Below are positions 1-10,900 of a stretch of 64,000 nucleotides of DNA, in pieces. Every line of letters begins with the position of its first letter. Position 1 is the first letter of the stretch. Under the pieces are notes generated by a model. It worked only from the letters and a program-made list of their open reading frames with translations, was not told the DNA's origin and ran no database searches. Both the position numbers and the translations under genes were made by a program. Origin of the DNA: an uncultured Planctomycetia bacterium (lineage in GTDB: Bacteria; Omnitrophota; Gorgyraeia; Duberdicusellales; 4484-171); the NCBI GenBank assembly GCA_964489445.1, contig CAZAYU010000001.1:146276-210275 (forward strand), in the 5' to 3' direction.

Positions 1-739
1 ATACTTCGGGAACCTGACTATCTTTAATGACAAAATTTTCAAGATAAAATACCGCCTTTTGATATTCCTTAAGATAATAATATGAGATTCCCAGATCAAA
101 GACAGCATCTAAGTCTTCGGGGTTAAGCTTGTTTAGCTCGGTGAAATATTTAATTGCTTCTTGATGTTTTTCCAACGCTTGGCAGGCAACCCCTAAATTA
201 TAGTAGATCTCCTGACTTTTAGGAGCAATAGCTAGCGCTTTTTCATATATTTCGATTGCTTCTCCATATCTTTCCTCTAATAAATAATACGCCCCTTTGA
301 ATAAATACACCGCAAAACTACTTTTAATTTTTCCGTTACGTAAATCATCAATTATATTTAGCGCTTGACCAACATTATTATTTCCGGGTAAAGTATCACC
401 TATTTTTTTAAATATTTCTTCAGCGTATAAAAAATTGCTTTCTGAGGCAGCCCTAATTGCTTCCTTAAATAGCTCCTCACTATTGCCACCTCCAGGCACG
501 AAAGCAGAATCAGCAGAGATAAATTTAGGTTTATTGCCTCTAATTTCTAAAACATCTTCTAAGCAATACTTCTGCTTTTTCCCTTCGGATAACACCTCGA
601 TAAACTCTAAATTTTTATTAATGATTGTTCCACTAATTTCTTTGCCGGATTTAAGAATCACTCTACCGGCAAGCGCCGGCCTCAGCACCAAAAATTGCAA
701 GCACATCCACCCAATTATAATTATTAATTTTTTATTCAT
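1..739 (-). CDS. Secreted tetratricopeptide repeat (TPR) protein, 3'-partial
   Basis: Not in ORF track; manual translation from ATG at 739 (MNKKLIIIIGWMCLQFLVLRPALAG, signal-peptide-like) into TPR motifs AIEIYEKALAIAPKSQEIYYNLGVA and AVFDLGISYYYLKEYQKA; runs off the window edge. Confidence 0.8.
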   Translation of the reverse strand, partial: MNKKLIIIIGWMCLQFLVLRPALAGRVILKSGKEISGTIINKNLEFIEVLSEGKKQKYCLEDVLEIRGNKPKFISADSAFVPGGGNSEELFKEAIRAASESNFLYAEEIFKKIGDTLPGNNNVGQALNIIDDLRNGKIKSSFAVYLFKGAYYLLEERYGEAIEIYEKALAIAPKSQEIYYNLGVACQALEKHQEAIKYFTELNKLNPEDLDAVFDLGISYYYLKEYQKAVFYLENFVIKDSQVPEV

Positions 740-787
740 CCTGTTTAGAAACTTCCCAAAATTTACACCCTGCTGCCGCAAACAATA

Positions 788-985
788 TTAAAGCGACTTA
801 ATTAATTTTCGAATATCAGATGGAACATTTCCTACTTCGATTTTGCTTCTCTTTAACGCCTTCAACATTCGCTGATAAACTTGATAGACTGTTTTTCCTT
901 CAGTAAGATTATTTAAACAAATAGCTCCATAACCTTTGCGATTTTTAATCTTAAAAATTTTAATTTTCCCAGCCGATATCTTCAT
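788..985 (-). CDS. Small basic hypothetical protein (65 aa)
   Basis: ORF with SD GAGGTG upstream of ATG; same strand as neighbours. Confidence 0.65.
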   Translation of the reverse strand: MKISAGKIKIFKIKNRKGYGAICLNNLTEGKTVYQVYQRMLKALKRSKIEVGNVPSDIRKLIKSL

Positions 986-1004
986 AGTATCACCTCACAT
1001 TTAA

Positions 1005-1052
1005 TTAAAAAAGGCATGTTCAACTTAAGTCATTAAATTTAACATGCCTTTT
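1005..1052 (-). terminator. Intrinsic terminator
   Basis: Inverted repeat AAAAGGCATGTT/AACATGCCTTTT (1009-1020/1041-1052) with further inner pairing and a U tail on minus strand, directly after the stop at 1058. Confidence 0.8.
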
Positions 1053-1057
1053 CAATA

Positions 1058-1306
1058 TTATTTAGAGATTTTATTATACAACCAGCCAATCGCCAAGCCA
1101 AATACTCCAGCATCACAGAAGGCCCAGATTGCTCCAATTGTCCCGCCCCGAAAAGTAGCTTCAGTACCAATATACATTGTACTTAACGCAGCTATTAGCC
1201 CTGTTCCATAGTTGCAAAATTTAGCAAGCAACGCCATAATAAGAACACTTGCTCCCCAAATAATCCCTAACGTTAACCCTAGTGCTTTTGTATCTATTCT
1301 AGCCAT
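1058..1306 (-). CDS. Small membrane protein with two TM helices (family often annotated 'bacteriophage holin')
   Basis: Start at 1306 with SD AAGGAGGT; ALGLTLGIIWG...YIG...GAIWAFCDAG...WLYNK pattern. Confidence 0.7.
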   Translation of the reverse strand: MARIDTKALGLTLGIIWGASVLIMALLAKFCNYGTGLIAALSTMYIGTEATFRGGTIGAIWAFCDAGVFGLAIGWLYNKISK

Positions 1307-1365
1307 TTTTACCTCCTTTTTTTTAAAAAACAAATATTTTTTAAAATCTCCTCACCTTATATATT

Positions 1366-1393
1366 ATTTTAACGTTTTCTAGATACCTGTCAA
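1366..1393 (-). promoter_or_regulatory. Sigma70-type promoter
   Basis: TTGACA-16 bp-TAAAAT upstream of the 1306 start. Confidence 0.55.
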
Positions 1394-1412
1394 CAAGTTC
1401 ACCGCAAACAAA

Positions 1413-2588
1413 TTAGTCCCTAAAACCAGCCGCAGTTGCTCGATAAACTATTCGAGAGCCAAATTTATTCTTCATTTTATCAACAGCCATGCAAATTCTT
1501 TTCTTTTTTTCATAAAACGGCTCTTGGAAAATATTTTCGCTATCGTCAGTTCCTACAAAATTAGTCAACCGAACGCCTAAAAGCCGTATTTTCCTTCCCG
1601 ACAACCAAAATTCACCAAATAATTTTTTAATTATTTTATAGATTGTATCGCTAAAATTAGTAGAGTTTGAAATAGTAACAGACCGACTATACGTCTGAAA
1701 GCCCTCCAACCGAATCTTTAGAGTGATCGTCTTGGATTTTAAACCGCTCTTTCGCAGACGAAACGAAACCTTTTCCGAAAGATTCATCAAAGCGCCTTCA
1801 ATATATTTAATATCTTGTGTATCTTTTTCAAAAGTAATTTCATTGCTCAATGATTTCATACCATCGCTAGCTTCTACCTGGCTATCATCTTTACCCCGAG
1901 CCAATTTTTGCCATCGATAAGCGTTTTTCCCGAACGCTTTATGAAGAACCCTAATGTCTGTACCATCTAATTGACCAATTGTGTTAATCCCCATTTTGTT
2001 TAAAATCTGTGTGCTTTTTCTCCCTAAACCCCATATTTTTTCAACATCTAATGGCGTTAAAAATTTTGTTACTTCTTTATGTTTGACTTCCGTTAATCCT
2101 TCTGGCTTATTCATGTCTGAAGCAATTTTAGCCACTGCTTTGTTAGGAGCCAGCCCCACTGAAGCAGTTAATCCGGTCTTATCCTTGATTCGTTGTTGAA
2201 CCGCTATAGCCGCCGCCAGCGGTGTTTTAAAAATGTGATAGCTCCCGCTGATATCCAAAAATGCTTCATCTATGCTTACCATCTCTACTAAAGGTGTAAA
2301 CTCATAAAATATCCTTTGCACCACCAGAGAAACTTCCTGATACTTCTTCATGCGTACCGGAAGAAACACTCCGTGTGGGCACTTACGATAAGCTATTGAT
2401 ATCGGCATTGAGGAACAAACCCCAAACTTTCGAGCAGCGTAAGAACATGTTGATACTACTCCCCTGCCCCCTCCTCCACGAGGGTTAGCACCGATAATCA
2501 CTGGTTTATTGCGTAAATCAGGATTATCCCTCTGTTCTACGGAAGCAAAGAAAGCATCCATATCTACATGTAAAATATATCGCTTCAT
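1413..2588 (-). CDS. dinB: DNA polymerase IV
   Basis: HVDMDAFFASVEQRD, SYAARKFG and SIDEAFLD Y-family motifs. Confidence 0.95.
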   Translation of the reverse strand: MKRYILHVDMDAFFASVEQRDNPDLRNKPVIIGANPRGGGGRGVVSTCSYAARKFGVCSSMPISIAYRKCPHGVFLPVRMKKYQEVSLVVQRIFYEFTPLVEMVSIDEAFLDISGSYHIFKTPLAAAIAVQQRIKDKTGLTASVGLAPNKAVAKIASDMNKPEGLTEVKHKEVTKFLTPLDVEKIWGLGRKSTQILNKMGINTIGQLDGTDIRVLHKAFGKNAYRWQKLARGKDDSQVEASDGMKSLSNEITFEKDTQDIKYIEGALMNLSEKVSFRLRKSGLKSKTITLKIRLEGFQTYSRSVTISNSTNFSDTIYKIIKKLFGEFWLSGRKIRLLGVRLTNFVGTDDSENIFQEPFYEKKKRICMAVDKMKNKFGSRIVYRATAAGFRD

Positions 2589-2617
2589 TGATTAACTACA
2601 ACCTCAATACAATGGAT

Positions 2618-3859
2618 TTACGCTCTATTTCTTTTGGAAATAGTATTGATTCTCGCTAAAACCGGAGGGTGAGAATACGATAAAAATACTTTCCATGGAT
2701 GAGGATTAAGGTTTGATAAATTGTCCACACTTAGTTTCTTTAAGGCGGTGATAAAGCTCTCCGGATGATCAAAAGTAGAGACTGCATAGCAGTCAGCTTG
2801 ATATTCATATTTACGAGACAAGAAATTACTTAGAAGCGAAAATACAAAATTAATCGGGGAATATAAAAAACCAAACAAACATAAGCTAGCATAAATTGAA
2901 ATATTCTTAATTTTAAAAGCCAATAAAAAACTTGCATCATTCACGAAGAAAGAAAGCATAAAAAACATAAGACCACTAGTTAACATAGAAATCATCAAAA
3001 ACTTTAAAATATGTTTCTTCTTATAATGTCCTATTTCATGTGCCAGAACAGAAACTAGCTCCTCCTTTGTGTGTTTTTCAATAAGCGTATCAAATAAAAC
3101 AATACGCCGAAAACGGCCGAATCCAGTAAAAAACGCATTCGATTTAGCTGAGCGACGCGAGCCATCCATTTTAAATATTCCGTTTAGTTTAAAATTTTCT
3201 GAATGTGCGTAATCAGTGATTGCCCCCTTCAACTCTCCTTCTTCCAATGGAATAAACTTATTAAATAGCGGCATAATTACCGCGGGAGCAATGAACATTA
3301 TAAACAATTCTACTAAAGTTACAGCTAACCAGCATAATATCCATGCTGAATTTCCTGTTTTTAAAAAAAACCAGATAATAAATGCAAACACCACCCCACC
3401 AATCGCTATCATTAAGCCCCAACCTTTAATAATATCTTGAATGAAGGTTTTTACGCTGGTCCGATTAAATCCATACCTTTGTTCAATCACAAATGTATGG
3501 TAAGCCGAAAAAGGAATCTCTAAAATTTGAAAAAGGAAAAATAATATTCCGACAAAGAATAACCCCGTAACAATGACCCCAAAGCCAAATCCTCTGGCTA
3601 TCTGATCAATAGCACTAAAGCCCCCACTTAAAATAAGAGTTAAAACCACGATTAAGAACGCTGTATCTTTAATTATTTTAAAGTAAGTATTGTCTTTTAG
3701 GTAGCTTTGTGATTTATCATACCTCTCAGGATCATAATATTCTTTAAATCCCAAAGGAATGCCTTTGTTTAACACTTTTAAATTGAATATTTCTGCAGAA
3801 ATATTCAACAAGTACTCAATAACCAAAATCGTCAGAATAATAACTAGATAAATATTCAT
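2618..3859 (-). CDS. M48 family (Ste24-like) membrane zinc metalloprotease
   Basis: Multiple TM helices, NAFFTGFG, HEIGH zinc motif, EYQAD, SHPP. Confidence 0.93.
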   Translation of the reverse strand: MNIYLVIILTILVIEYLLNISAEIFNLKVLNKGIPLGFKEYYDPERYDKSQSYLKDNTYFKIIKDTAFLIVVLTLILSGGFSAIDQIARGFGFGVIVTGLFFVGILFFLFQILEIPFSAYHTFVIEQRYGFNRTSVKTFIQDIIKGWGLMIAIGGVVFAFIIWFFLKTGNSAWILCWLAVTLVELFIMFIAPAVIMPLFNKFIPLEEGELKGAITDYAHSENFKLNGIFKMDGSRRSAKSNAFFTGFGRFRRIVLFDTLIEKHTKEELVSVLAHEIGHYKKKHILKFLMISMLTSGLMFFMLSFFVNDASFLLAFKIKNISIYASLCLFGFLYSPINFVFSLLSNFLSRKYEYQADCYAVSTFDHPESFITALKKLSVDNLSNLNPHPWKVFLSYSHPPVLARINTISKRNRA

Positions 3860-3970
3860 CGTTATTTGATCATTTCTAAATCTCCACTAATAGCGTATGT
3901 ATCTTTTGTGTTTTGCAAATACCTTTTAAATACCACAGATAAAATTCTACTCTAAATACTGCTTCTATCC

Positions 3971-5044
3971 TCAAGCATTATCCACTGCTTTTTCTTGCCC
4001 TGCTATATGTAGAGTTTGTGTCGGAAATGCAAATTCAATCCCTAGCTGCTCAAATATTTTTTTTATATTTAGATTAATTTCTTGATTAATATCCATATAT
4101 TTGTTGTAATCGCTACCAACAACATAATAAACTACTTCAAAAATAAGACTAAAATCTCCATAATTTGCAAAATGAGCCCGATCAAAAACAGTATCATTAA
4201 TGTTCGTTATTATTTCTTTTATTAATCCGGGTATTTGTTTTGCTTTCTCTAAGGAAGTTTCGTACACCACCCCTAGCTTAAAGGTGACTCTTCTTTTTTC
4301 CATCCGTTTGTAGTTACGTAAACGAGAATCAGTCAGGTCGGAATTTGAAAAAATTAATTGCTCACCGCTTAAACTACGAATCCGAGTAGTCTTAATCCCA
4401 ATGTGTTCCACTGCTCCTAAATGATCTCCAATGATTAAAAAATCACCAATTTCAAATGGCCGGTCAAAGATAATCGAAAAATAACTAAATAAATCTTTTA
4501 GCACTGCTTGGGCAGCCAAGGCAATAGCTACACCACCAATACCTAACCCGGCAATAACCGTAGATATTTTAAACCCTAGATTATCTAAGAAAAATATTAC
4601 CGCTAGAGCCCAGATAATGAATTTTAAAACCTTTAGTATCCCACTTAAGCTATGTTCTAAAACATTAGTTTGCGTTGTCTGCTGCCAATAGTTCTTTAAA
4701 CCATATTCGATTAATCTCACTATTAATTTACAAGCAAAAATAGTTAGGACTCCTACCGCCAACACATCTAAGAAGCGACTTATGTTTTTGCTTAGTGCCA
4801 AGGTATATAGCCCAAAATAAGCAATGCCTAGATAAGCAAGCGGCATTCCTATTTTCTCGACAATTGTAATTAGAAAATCATCAATGGTTGTTGATGTTTT
4901 CTCAGCCATTTTTTTAATTCGAGATATGCATAACTTTTCAAATAGCTTAACACCAACGACTCCTATCAATAATATCCCTATGGAAACCAGATACCTACCA
5001 ATGCTATTTGTGAATACCTGATATTCTAAAATTTGCTTAAGCAT
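3971..5044 (-). CDS. mscS: Small-conductance mechanosensitive channel
   Basis: AGLGIGGVAIALAAQ, DRPFEIGD, IGIKTTRIR, IEFAFPT. Confidence 0.92.
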   Translation of the reverse strand: MLKQILEYQVFTNSIGRYLVSIGILLIGVVGVKLFEKLCISRIKKMAEKTSTTIDDFLITIVEKIGMPLAYLGIAYFGLYTLALSKNISRFLDVLAVGVLTIFACKLIVRLIEYGLKNYWQQTTQTNVLEHSLSGILKVLKFIIWALAVIFFLDNLGFKISTVIAGLGIGGVAIALAAQAVLKDLFSYFSIIFDRPFEIGDFLIIGDHLGAVEHIGIKTTRIRSLSGEQLIFSNSDLTDSRLRNYKRMEKRRVTFKLGVVYETSLEKAKQIPGLIKEIITNINDTVFDRAHFANYGDFSLIFEVVYYVVGSDYNKYMDINQEINLNIKKIFEQLGIEFAFPTQTLHIAGQEKAVDNA

Positions 5045-5082
5045 TTTTACCTCCCTCCAATGTTTAGTACTATTTTAACCTA

Positions 5083-5838
5083 TTAATGGCTCAGTTTTTC
5101 TGCCGCATTTCGATACCGACAAAAATCACAATCTTTACCCGAAGACGGAATTTGATCGCCTGATAAACAGTGATAAATTTCCTGAATTAAACCTTCAACC
5201 CAATCGGAATTCCCTTTGTAGCTAATTAAAGTAATATCAAACTCTAACTTCCCATCAAATTTATCAACATTAGTTTTACCATTGCAATAAACGAAATAGC
5301 CAGTTTCAGATACTAAATAGTTATTTTTACGTAATAACCATTGGTAAATCTCCATCTGTCGCTTGTAGCTGTCCTGCCATTGTTTATTTAGCGCAGTTAT
5401 CTCTTCATTCTTACTTGTTGCCTTATAGTCTACCACAATATACTCATTTTTTGAGTTAATCCATAAATCATCAATTGCCCCGGTAACAATAAAATTAGTT
5501 GGCTTATGATGATATTGAACACCCTTGAAGTTATTCCTCCATGCATCTAAGTTAGTATCTTTTACCGGTAATGCATCAACTCCGTATTTTTTAATTAATG
5601 GATGAGAACTGCCTTCTTGCCGTAAAATATCAAACTCCTTTTTAAGTAACGCGTCAACCGCGTTATTTAGAGTAAAAGGAAATCCCGGCGGTCGGCCCAC
5701 ACCCAATCTACGATCTAAATAAAAACACTTAGGACATCCGATATATAGATCAATTTTTGAACGACTTAGCTTGAATGGCTGCTTTTCCCCTGGCACATAA
5801 AGATTACGCGTCCGTGGAACATTATAATATTGAGACAT
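5083..5838 (-). CDS. PD-(D/E)XK nuclease, RecB/AddB/Cas4-like
   Basis: LSRSKI..CPKC, GAIDD, VVDYK, QMEIY (QxxxY), C-terminal CDFC. Confidence 0.88.
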   Translation of the reverse strand: MSQYYNVPRTRNLYVPGEKQPFKLSRSKIDLYIGCPKCFYLDRRLGVGRPPGFPFTLNNAVDALLKKEFDILRQEGSSHPLIKKYGVDALPVKDTNLDAWRNNFKGVQYHHKPTNFIVTGAIDDLWINSKNEYIVVDYKATSKNEEITALNKQWQDSYKRQMEIYQWLLRKNNYLVSETGYFVYCNGKTNVDKFDGKLEFDITLISYKGNSDWVEGLIQEIYHCLSGDQIPSSGKDCDFCRYRNAAEKLSH

Positions 5839-5885
5839 CGCCTATTCTATCCTCCAATTACATCATAAATTATTTATTTTTTTAT

Positions 5886-7805
5886 TCAAGTAAATAAATC
5901 CTTCAATTCCTTAATTTCTTTTTCTATCTCTAAAATCCGGTTCTTGATTTCTTTAACTCGACAATCATACTCTTTCTTTGTCTGCTCGCTATGATAACTC
6001 TTTTCATTAGCCAAAGTACGCTTTTTTGCATAATGCTCTAGCTCGATGGCCTCTTTCTCTTTTCTTAGTTTTTTTATTTTTCCAGATATTTTAAAATTAT
6101 TTCTCTTAATTTCCGCTTTTGATTGTTTGTTTTCTAGTACTTTGGTAACTTTTTTTTTCTTTACTTTGTCCCTATTTAATCCAGAGCCTGTTTTTTTGCT
6201 AACATCCTTATCCGGAAAACTTTGTTCATTGATTTTTCCCCAATAATAGTCAAAATTACCTGGAAATTTTTTTACTCTGCCAGATTGAACATCAAATACA
6301 GTATTGGCAACTGACCGCACAAAATGAATGTCGTGACTAATAAATACAACTGACCCCTCATACACATTAAGAGCCTTGATTAACGCTTCTACTGCGTCAA
6401 CATCTAAATGAGTTGTCGGCTCATCTAGCAATAAAAAATTAGGAGGTTTAATTAATAACTTAGCCAGAATTAACCGACTCTTTTCACCACCAGATAAAAC
6501 ACTTACTTTCTTATCTACATCGTCACCGGAAAACAAAAACAAACTTAAAATAGTCCTGATTTTTTCTCCTGTCACTGACCCCCCACTTGACAAGCAAGCT
6601 TCTTCAATTACAGTATTTGAAGAACTCAAGATATCCATCCTTCTTTGTGAAAAATAGCCAATAGTAGTATTGTGCCCCACCAGTCTCTTTCCTTCTTCAA
6701 TGTCAATTACTCCGGCTAAAATCTTTAAAAGTGTTGATTTTCCAGCTCCATTTTTACCAACTAATACCGCTTTTTCTCCACGGATAATCTCAAAATCAAA
6801 ATTTTTATAGACTAAGATATCTCCGTAAGATTTTTTTACTTCTTCTAACTTAATTACCTGATACCCACTATTATCTACAACAGGAAATTTAAAATTTCTC
6901 ACGCTCTCTCGTCGATTTGCAGGAAGATCTATTGTCTCCATCTTATCTAATACTCTTTTTTTTGCACGAACTTGCGAAGCTTTATTGGGCTGTCCATGAA
7001 AGCGTTCAGCAAAATTTTTAAGTTGTTTACGTTTTTTTTCCTGTTCTGAAAATTGCTTTAATAGGTAACTCTTTTTTTCATTTTCAATCCTTTTGTAGTC
7101 TTCATAGTTTCCTTTAATTTTCACAATACTTTTATTTTCTAAAACTAAAATATTATTAGTAGTCTGATCAAGAAAATCCTTATCGTGAGAAATCATAATA
7201 AAGGTCCCTTTAAAATTAAGTAAGTAGTCCTTAAACCATAAAGCAGCCTCTAGATCTAGGTGATTCATCGGCTCATCTAGAAACAAAATATCATAATGAC
7301 AAACAAGAAGCTTCGCTAACAAAACACGCATTTGCCAACCACCACTCAACTGCTTTACAGGACGTAAGAAATCACTTTCGCTAAATCCGAGCCCCATCAA
7401 CACTGCTTTTGTTTTATACTCTAGGGTATAGTAACCTAAAAATTCTAACTCGGACAAAACATCTCCGTATCGTGTTAAGCTAGACTGGCCTTTTTCTTCT
7501 AAAGCCTTTTTTTCATCTACCAGGCACCTCATCTGCTCATCTCCTCCAACCACTTCCGACAAAATTAATGCTTCCGACTCAAAATGAGCTTCTTGCGGTA
7601 AATACCCAATACGAATATTTTTTTGGCCTTCTACCTGCCCACCTGTTACTTCTTCCTTGTTGAGAATAATTGAAAAAAAAGTACTTTTCCCTGCACCGTT
7701 TGGACCTACTAACCCGATTTTTTCTCCTCGGTTAATTGTTAAATTCACCTTATCAAATAAAACGTAATGACCATATTTTTTGGAAATGTTGCTTATTTTA
7801 ATCAT
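5886..7805 (-). CDS. ABC-F family ribosome-associated ATPase
   Basis: Two ABC domains (GPNGAGKS/LSGGW/DEPMNHLD; GKNGAGKS/LSGGE/DEPTTHLD), no TM helices, C-terminal coiled coil. Confidence 0.93.
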   Translation of the reverse strand: MIKISNISKKYGHYVLFDKVNLTINRGEKIGLVGPNGAGKSTFFSIILNKEEVTGGQVEGQKNIRIGYLPQEAHFESEALILSEVVGGDEQMRCLVDEKKALEEKGQSSLTRYGDVLSELEFLGYYTLEYKTKAVLMGLGFSESDFLRPVKQLSGGWQMRVLLAKLLVCHYDILFLDEPMNHLDLEAALWFKDYLLNFKGTFIMISHDKDFLDQTTNNILVLENKSIVKIKGNYEDYKRIENEKKSYLLKQFSEQEKKRKQLKNFAERFHGQPNKASQVRAKKRVLDKMETIDLPANRRESVRNFKFPVVDNSGYQVIKLEEVKKSYGDILVYKNFDFEIIRGEKAVLVGKNGAGKSTLLKILAGVIDIEEGKRLVGHNTTIGYFSQRRMDILSSSNTVIEEACLSSGGSVTGEKIRTILSLFLFSGDDVDKKVSVLSGGEKSRLILAKLLIKPPNFLLLDEPTTHLDVDAVEALIKALNVYEGSVVFISHDIHFVRSVANTVFDVQSGRVKKFPGNFDYYWGKINEQSFPDKDVSKKTGSGLNRDKVKKKKVTKVLENKQSKAEIKRNNFKISGKIKKLRKEKEAIELEHYAKKRTLANEKSYHSEQTKKEYDCRVKEIKNRILEIEKEIKELKDLFT

Positions 7806-7937
7806 ACAATACCTTACATTTGCTAGAAATAGCTTATGTCGTATTCACAGACAAAGCCAGACAATATATTTTTAGTTTTTAGCACCTAGGACAGAAGCAA
7901 TTAAAATTGAACAACATACAAAATTCTGTTGATAGTG

Positions 7938-10900
7938 TCAGCCAGATTCTGCTTTAATTTTTTCGGCAATCTCTCGAGGAACCTGAGCATATTTTTCAAA
8001 ACGCATAGAACAATTAACCCTTCCACTACTCAATGAACGTAAATTAGTAGTATAACCGAACATTTCCGAAAGTGGAGCTTCTGCTTTGATAATTTTCTGC
8101 TTATTCTTGGTATCCATCCCTAATATTTTTCCTCGACGAGAACAGATATATCCTACAATACTACTAGAGTATTCCTCAGGGGTGATAATTTCTAAAGCCA
8201 TATACGGCTCTAAAAGAATTGGATCGCACTTCATAAAAACACTACGAAAGCATCCCTGTGCAGCAAGCTTAAATGCCAACTCAGAAGAATCAACATTATG
8301 ATAAGAACCGTCGGTAAGATCAACCTTGATGTCTACTACCGGATATCCGGCATAAATTCCCTTTTTTATTACTTCCAGCAAACCTTTCTCCACCGCCGGA
8401 ATATAGCTTTTTGGTATTCTTCCTCCAGTAATACTATTTTTAAATTCAAACCCTTTACCTTGTTCATTAGGAGAAAACTCCATAACTACATGACCATACT
8501 GTCCTCTTCCTCCAGTTTGCTTTATGTGCTTGTACTCTTCGGATAAGGTAGACAATATTGTTTCCTTGTAGGCTACCTTTGGTTGCCCTACAGAAGCATC
8601 GATCTTGAATTCACTTTTCAATCGATCAGCGATAATCTCCAAGTGTAGCTCACCCATCCCGGAAATAATTGTTTCTTGAGTCTCATCGTCAATTCTTGCC
8701 GAAAACGTAGGATCTTCTTCGGAGAGTTTTGCCAATGCTTTGCTTAACTTATCCTGGTCAGAACTACTTTCCGGTTTGATACTAATAGAAACAACTGGAT
8801 CAGAAAATTCCATCTGCTCCAATAATATAGAGTCACTTAAATCGCAAAGCGTATCGCCAGTTAATGTATTGTTTAAACCCACAGCAACGGCAATATCTCC
8901 AGTAAATACTGCTTCAATATTCTTCCGCTGGTTTGCATGCATCTCTAAAATTCTCCCGATTCTTTCTTTCTTTCCTTTAACCGCATTCAAGATGTACGTA
9001 CCCGCCTTCAAACAACCAGAATACACCCTTATATACACCAACTTACCAGTGTGTGGGTCAGTTTGGACTTTAAACGCTAACGCTGAAAATGGCTCTTCAT
9101 CTAAAGGTTTTCTGAATATTTTTTTCTCTGAATCATCCGGATCCGTGCCTTCTACAGGAGGTAAATCAGAAGGCGCTGGAAGATATTTATTGACTGCATC
9201 CAACAGCATCTGGACGCCTTTATTCTTAAACGCCGAACCACATAATGCCGGAACAATTTTATTAGCTATTGTTCCTTTACGTATACTAGAAAGTAGCTCA
9301 TCAATGGTAATCGAATCTTCTGATTCGAGATATTTCTCCATCAACGAATCTTCTAATTCTACTGCTTTCTCCAGCATGATATGTCGATATTTACGAGCAA
9401 CTTCCTGATATTCTTCAGGAATTTCCGCTGTTCGAAAATCTTTGCCCATTGAATCATCATCATAGATACAGGCCTTCATTTGGATAAGATCAATTATTCC
9501 AGAAAATTTATCTTCCGAGCCAATAGGAATCTGTAACGGAATTACATTGGCATTTAAGTCTTTCTCAATGTTTTCTACAACTCCGAAAAAATCTGCACCA
9601 ACGCGATCCATTTTATTAATAAAAGCAATTTTAGGAACTTCATATTTATCGGACTGCCGCCAAACTGTTTCTGACTGTGGCTCTACGCCTCCTACAGCAC
9701 AAAACACAGCTACAGCGCCGTCTAGAACTCTTAATGACCGTTCTACTTCTACAGTAAAATCTACATGTCCAGGGGTATCAATAATATTTATCCGGTGATC
9801 TTGCCAAAAACAAGTAGTAGCCGCTGAGGTAATCGTAATCCCTCGTTCTTGCTCCTGCTTCATCCAATCCATTTGCGCTTTTCCATCATGCACCTCTCCA
9901 ATTTTATGAGAACGACCGGTATAAAACAATATTCTTTCGGTAAGAGTAGTTTTTCCGGCATCAATATGAGCCATAATGCCGATATTACGGACTTGGGATA
10001 GATCGCTTTTTCTTAACGGCAAATCTTCTTTTTGCCCTTTCTGGGAAAGAGATTGTTTATCTAAATTATTCTCTGCTGTTGTATCTAAAGAAGAAACATT
10101 CTGAATGCTCTTGTTAAATTCTTTATCTAAACCGGGAATAATTTTTTGAGAATTTCCTGTTTCAACATGGTTTAAAAAAGTATCCAGGTCTCTGGGTGAG
10201 ACTTCTTTTGTGACATTATTATTATCCTTATCTTGTTCTTTTTCTATAGACAACTCCTTATTAGATAATTTTTTTTCCTCAAGAGTGGTCGTCTCTTTTG
10301 CCTCCGGAGTCGATTCAGAAAAATATTTCTTTTCCATTTCCTTAACTCGATGAGATAAAGACATCCTTTCCTTACTCAAAGCTTCAAATGTCTCTTCCTT
10401 GCTTTTCAATTCCTTGTTACGAACTTCTAACTCTTGCTTTAGCTCTTCTACTTGTTCAGATAATAAATTATACTCATCCTTAGAAACCCACCCACTTTCC
10501 TTCTCTTTCTCCTTTATCTCTTTTATCTTACTCTGGTAATCACGGACCTCTTTCATGTAATTACTTATTTTTTCTTTTTGCTGCTTACTACTTTCCTTAA
10601 ATGACTCAATATTGCTATTTAACCCATCAATTGTCTTATTTAACTCTTCTAGTTCTTTTGTTGTATCTGCTAAATCTTTGTTTAAACGAACGTTTTTTGA
10701 AAATTCTTCCTCCAGCTGTTTTTCCTTATCCATCATTTTTTCTTGCAATTGAAAAACTGGGACTTTGTTATCGTTAATAATCTGCTGCTGACGCTCAAGC
10801 CATTGCTTGTTCTTGCGTTGCTTTTCGGTAAAATCCACTTCTTTTTTTTGAAGAATTAGTACTTTTTCTGCCAGAGAATTATTTTCAAGCTCGATTTTCT

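Noticed and set aside
435-791. Plus-strand ORF here and the many other short antisense ORFs in the track
   Set aside because: They are shadows of well-supported minus-strand genes (here the TPR gene) with no motifs or SD
1058-1306. Holin implying a prophage
   Set aside because: No endolysin or other phage genes; has its own promoter and terminator
5083-5838. Cas4 / CRISPR system
   Set aside because: No repeat-spacer array or other cas genes seen in the window
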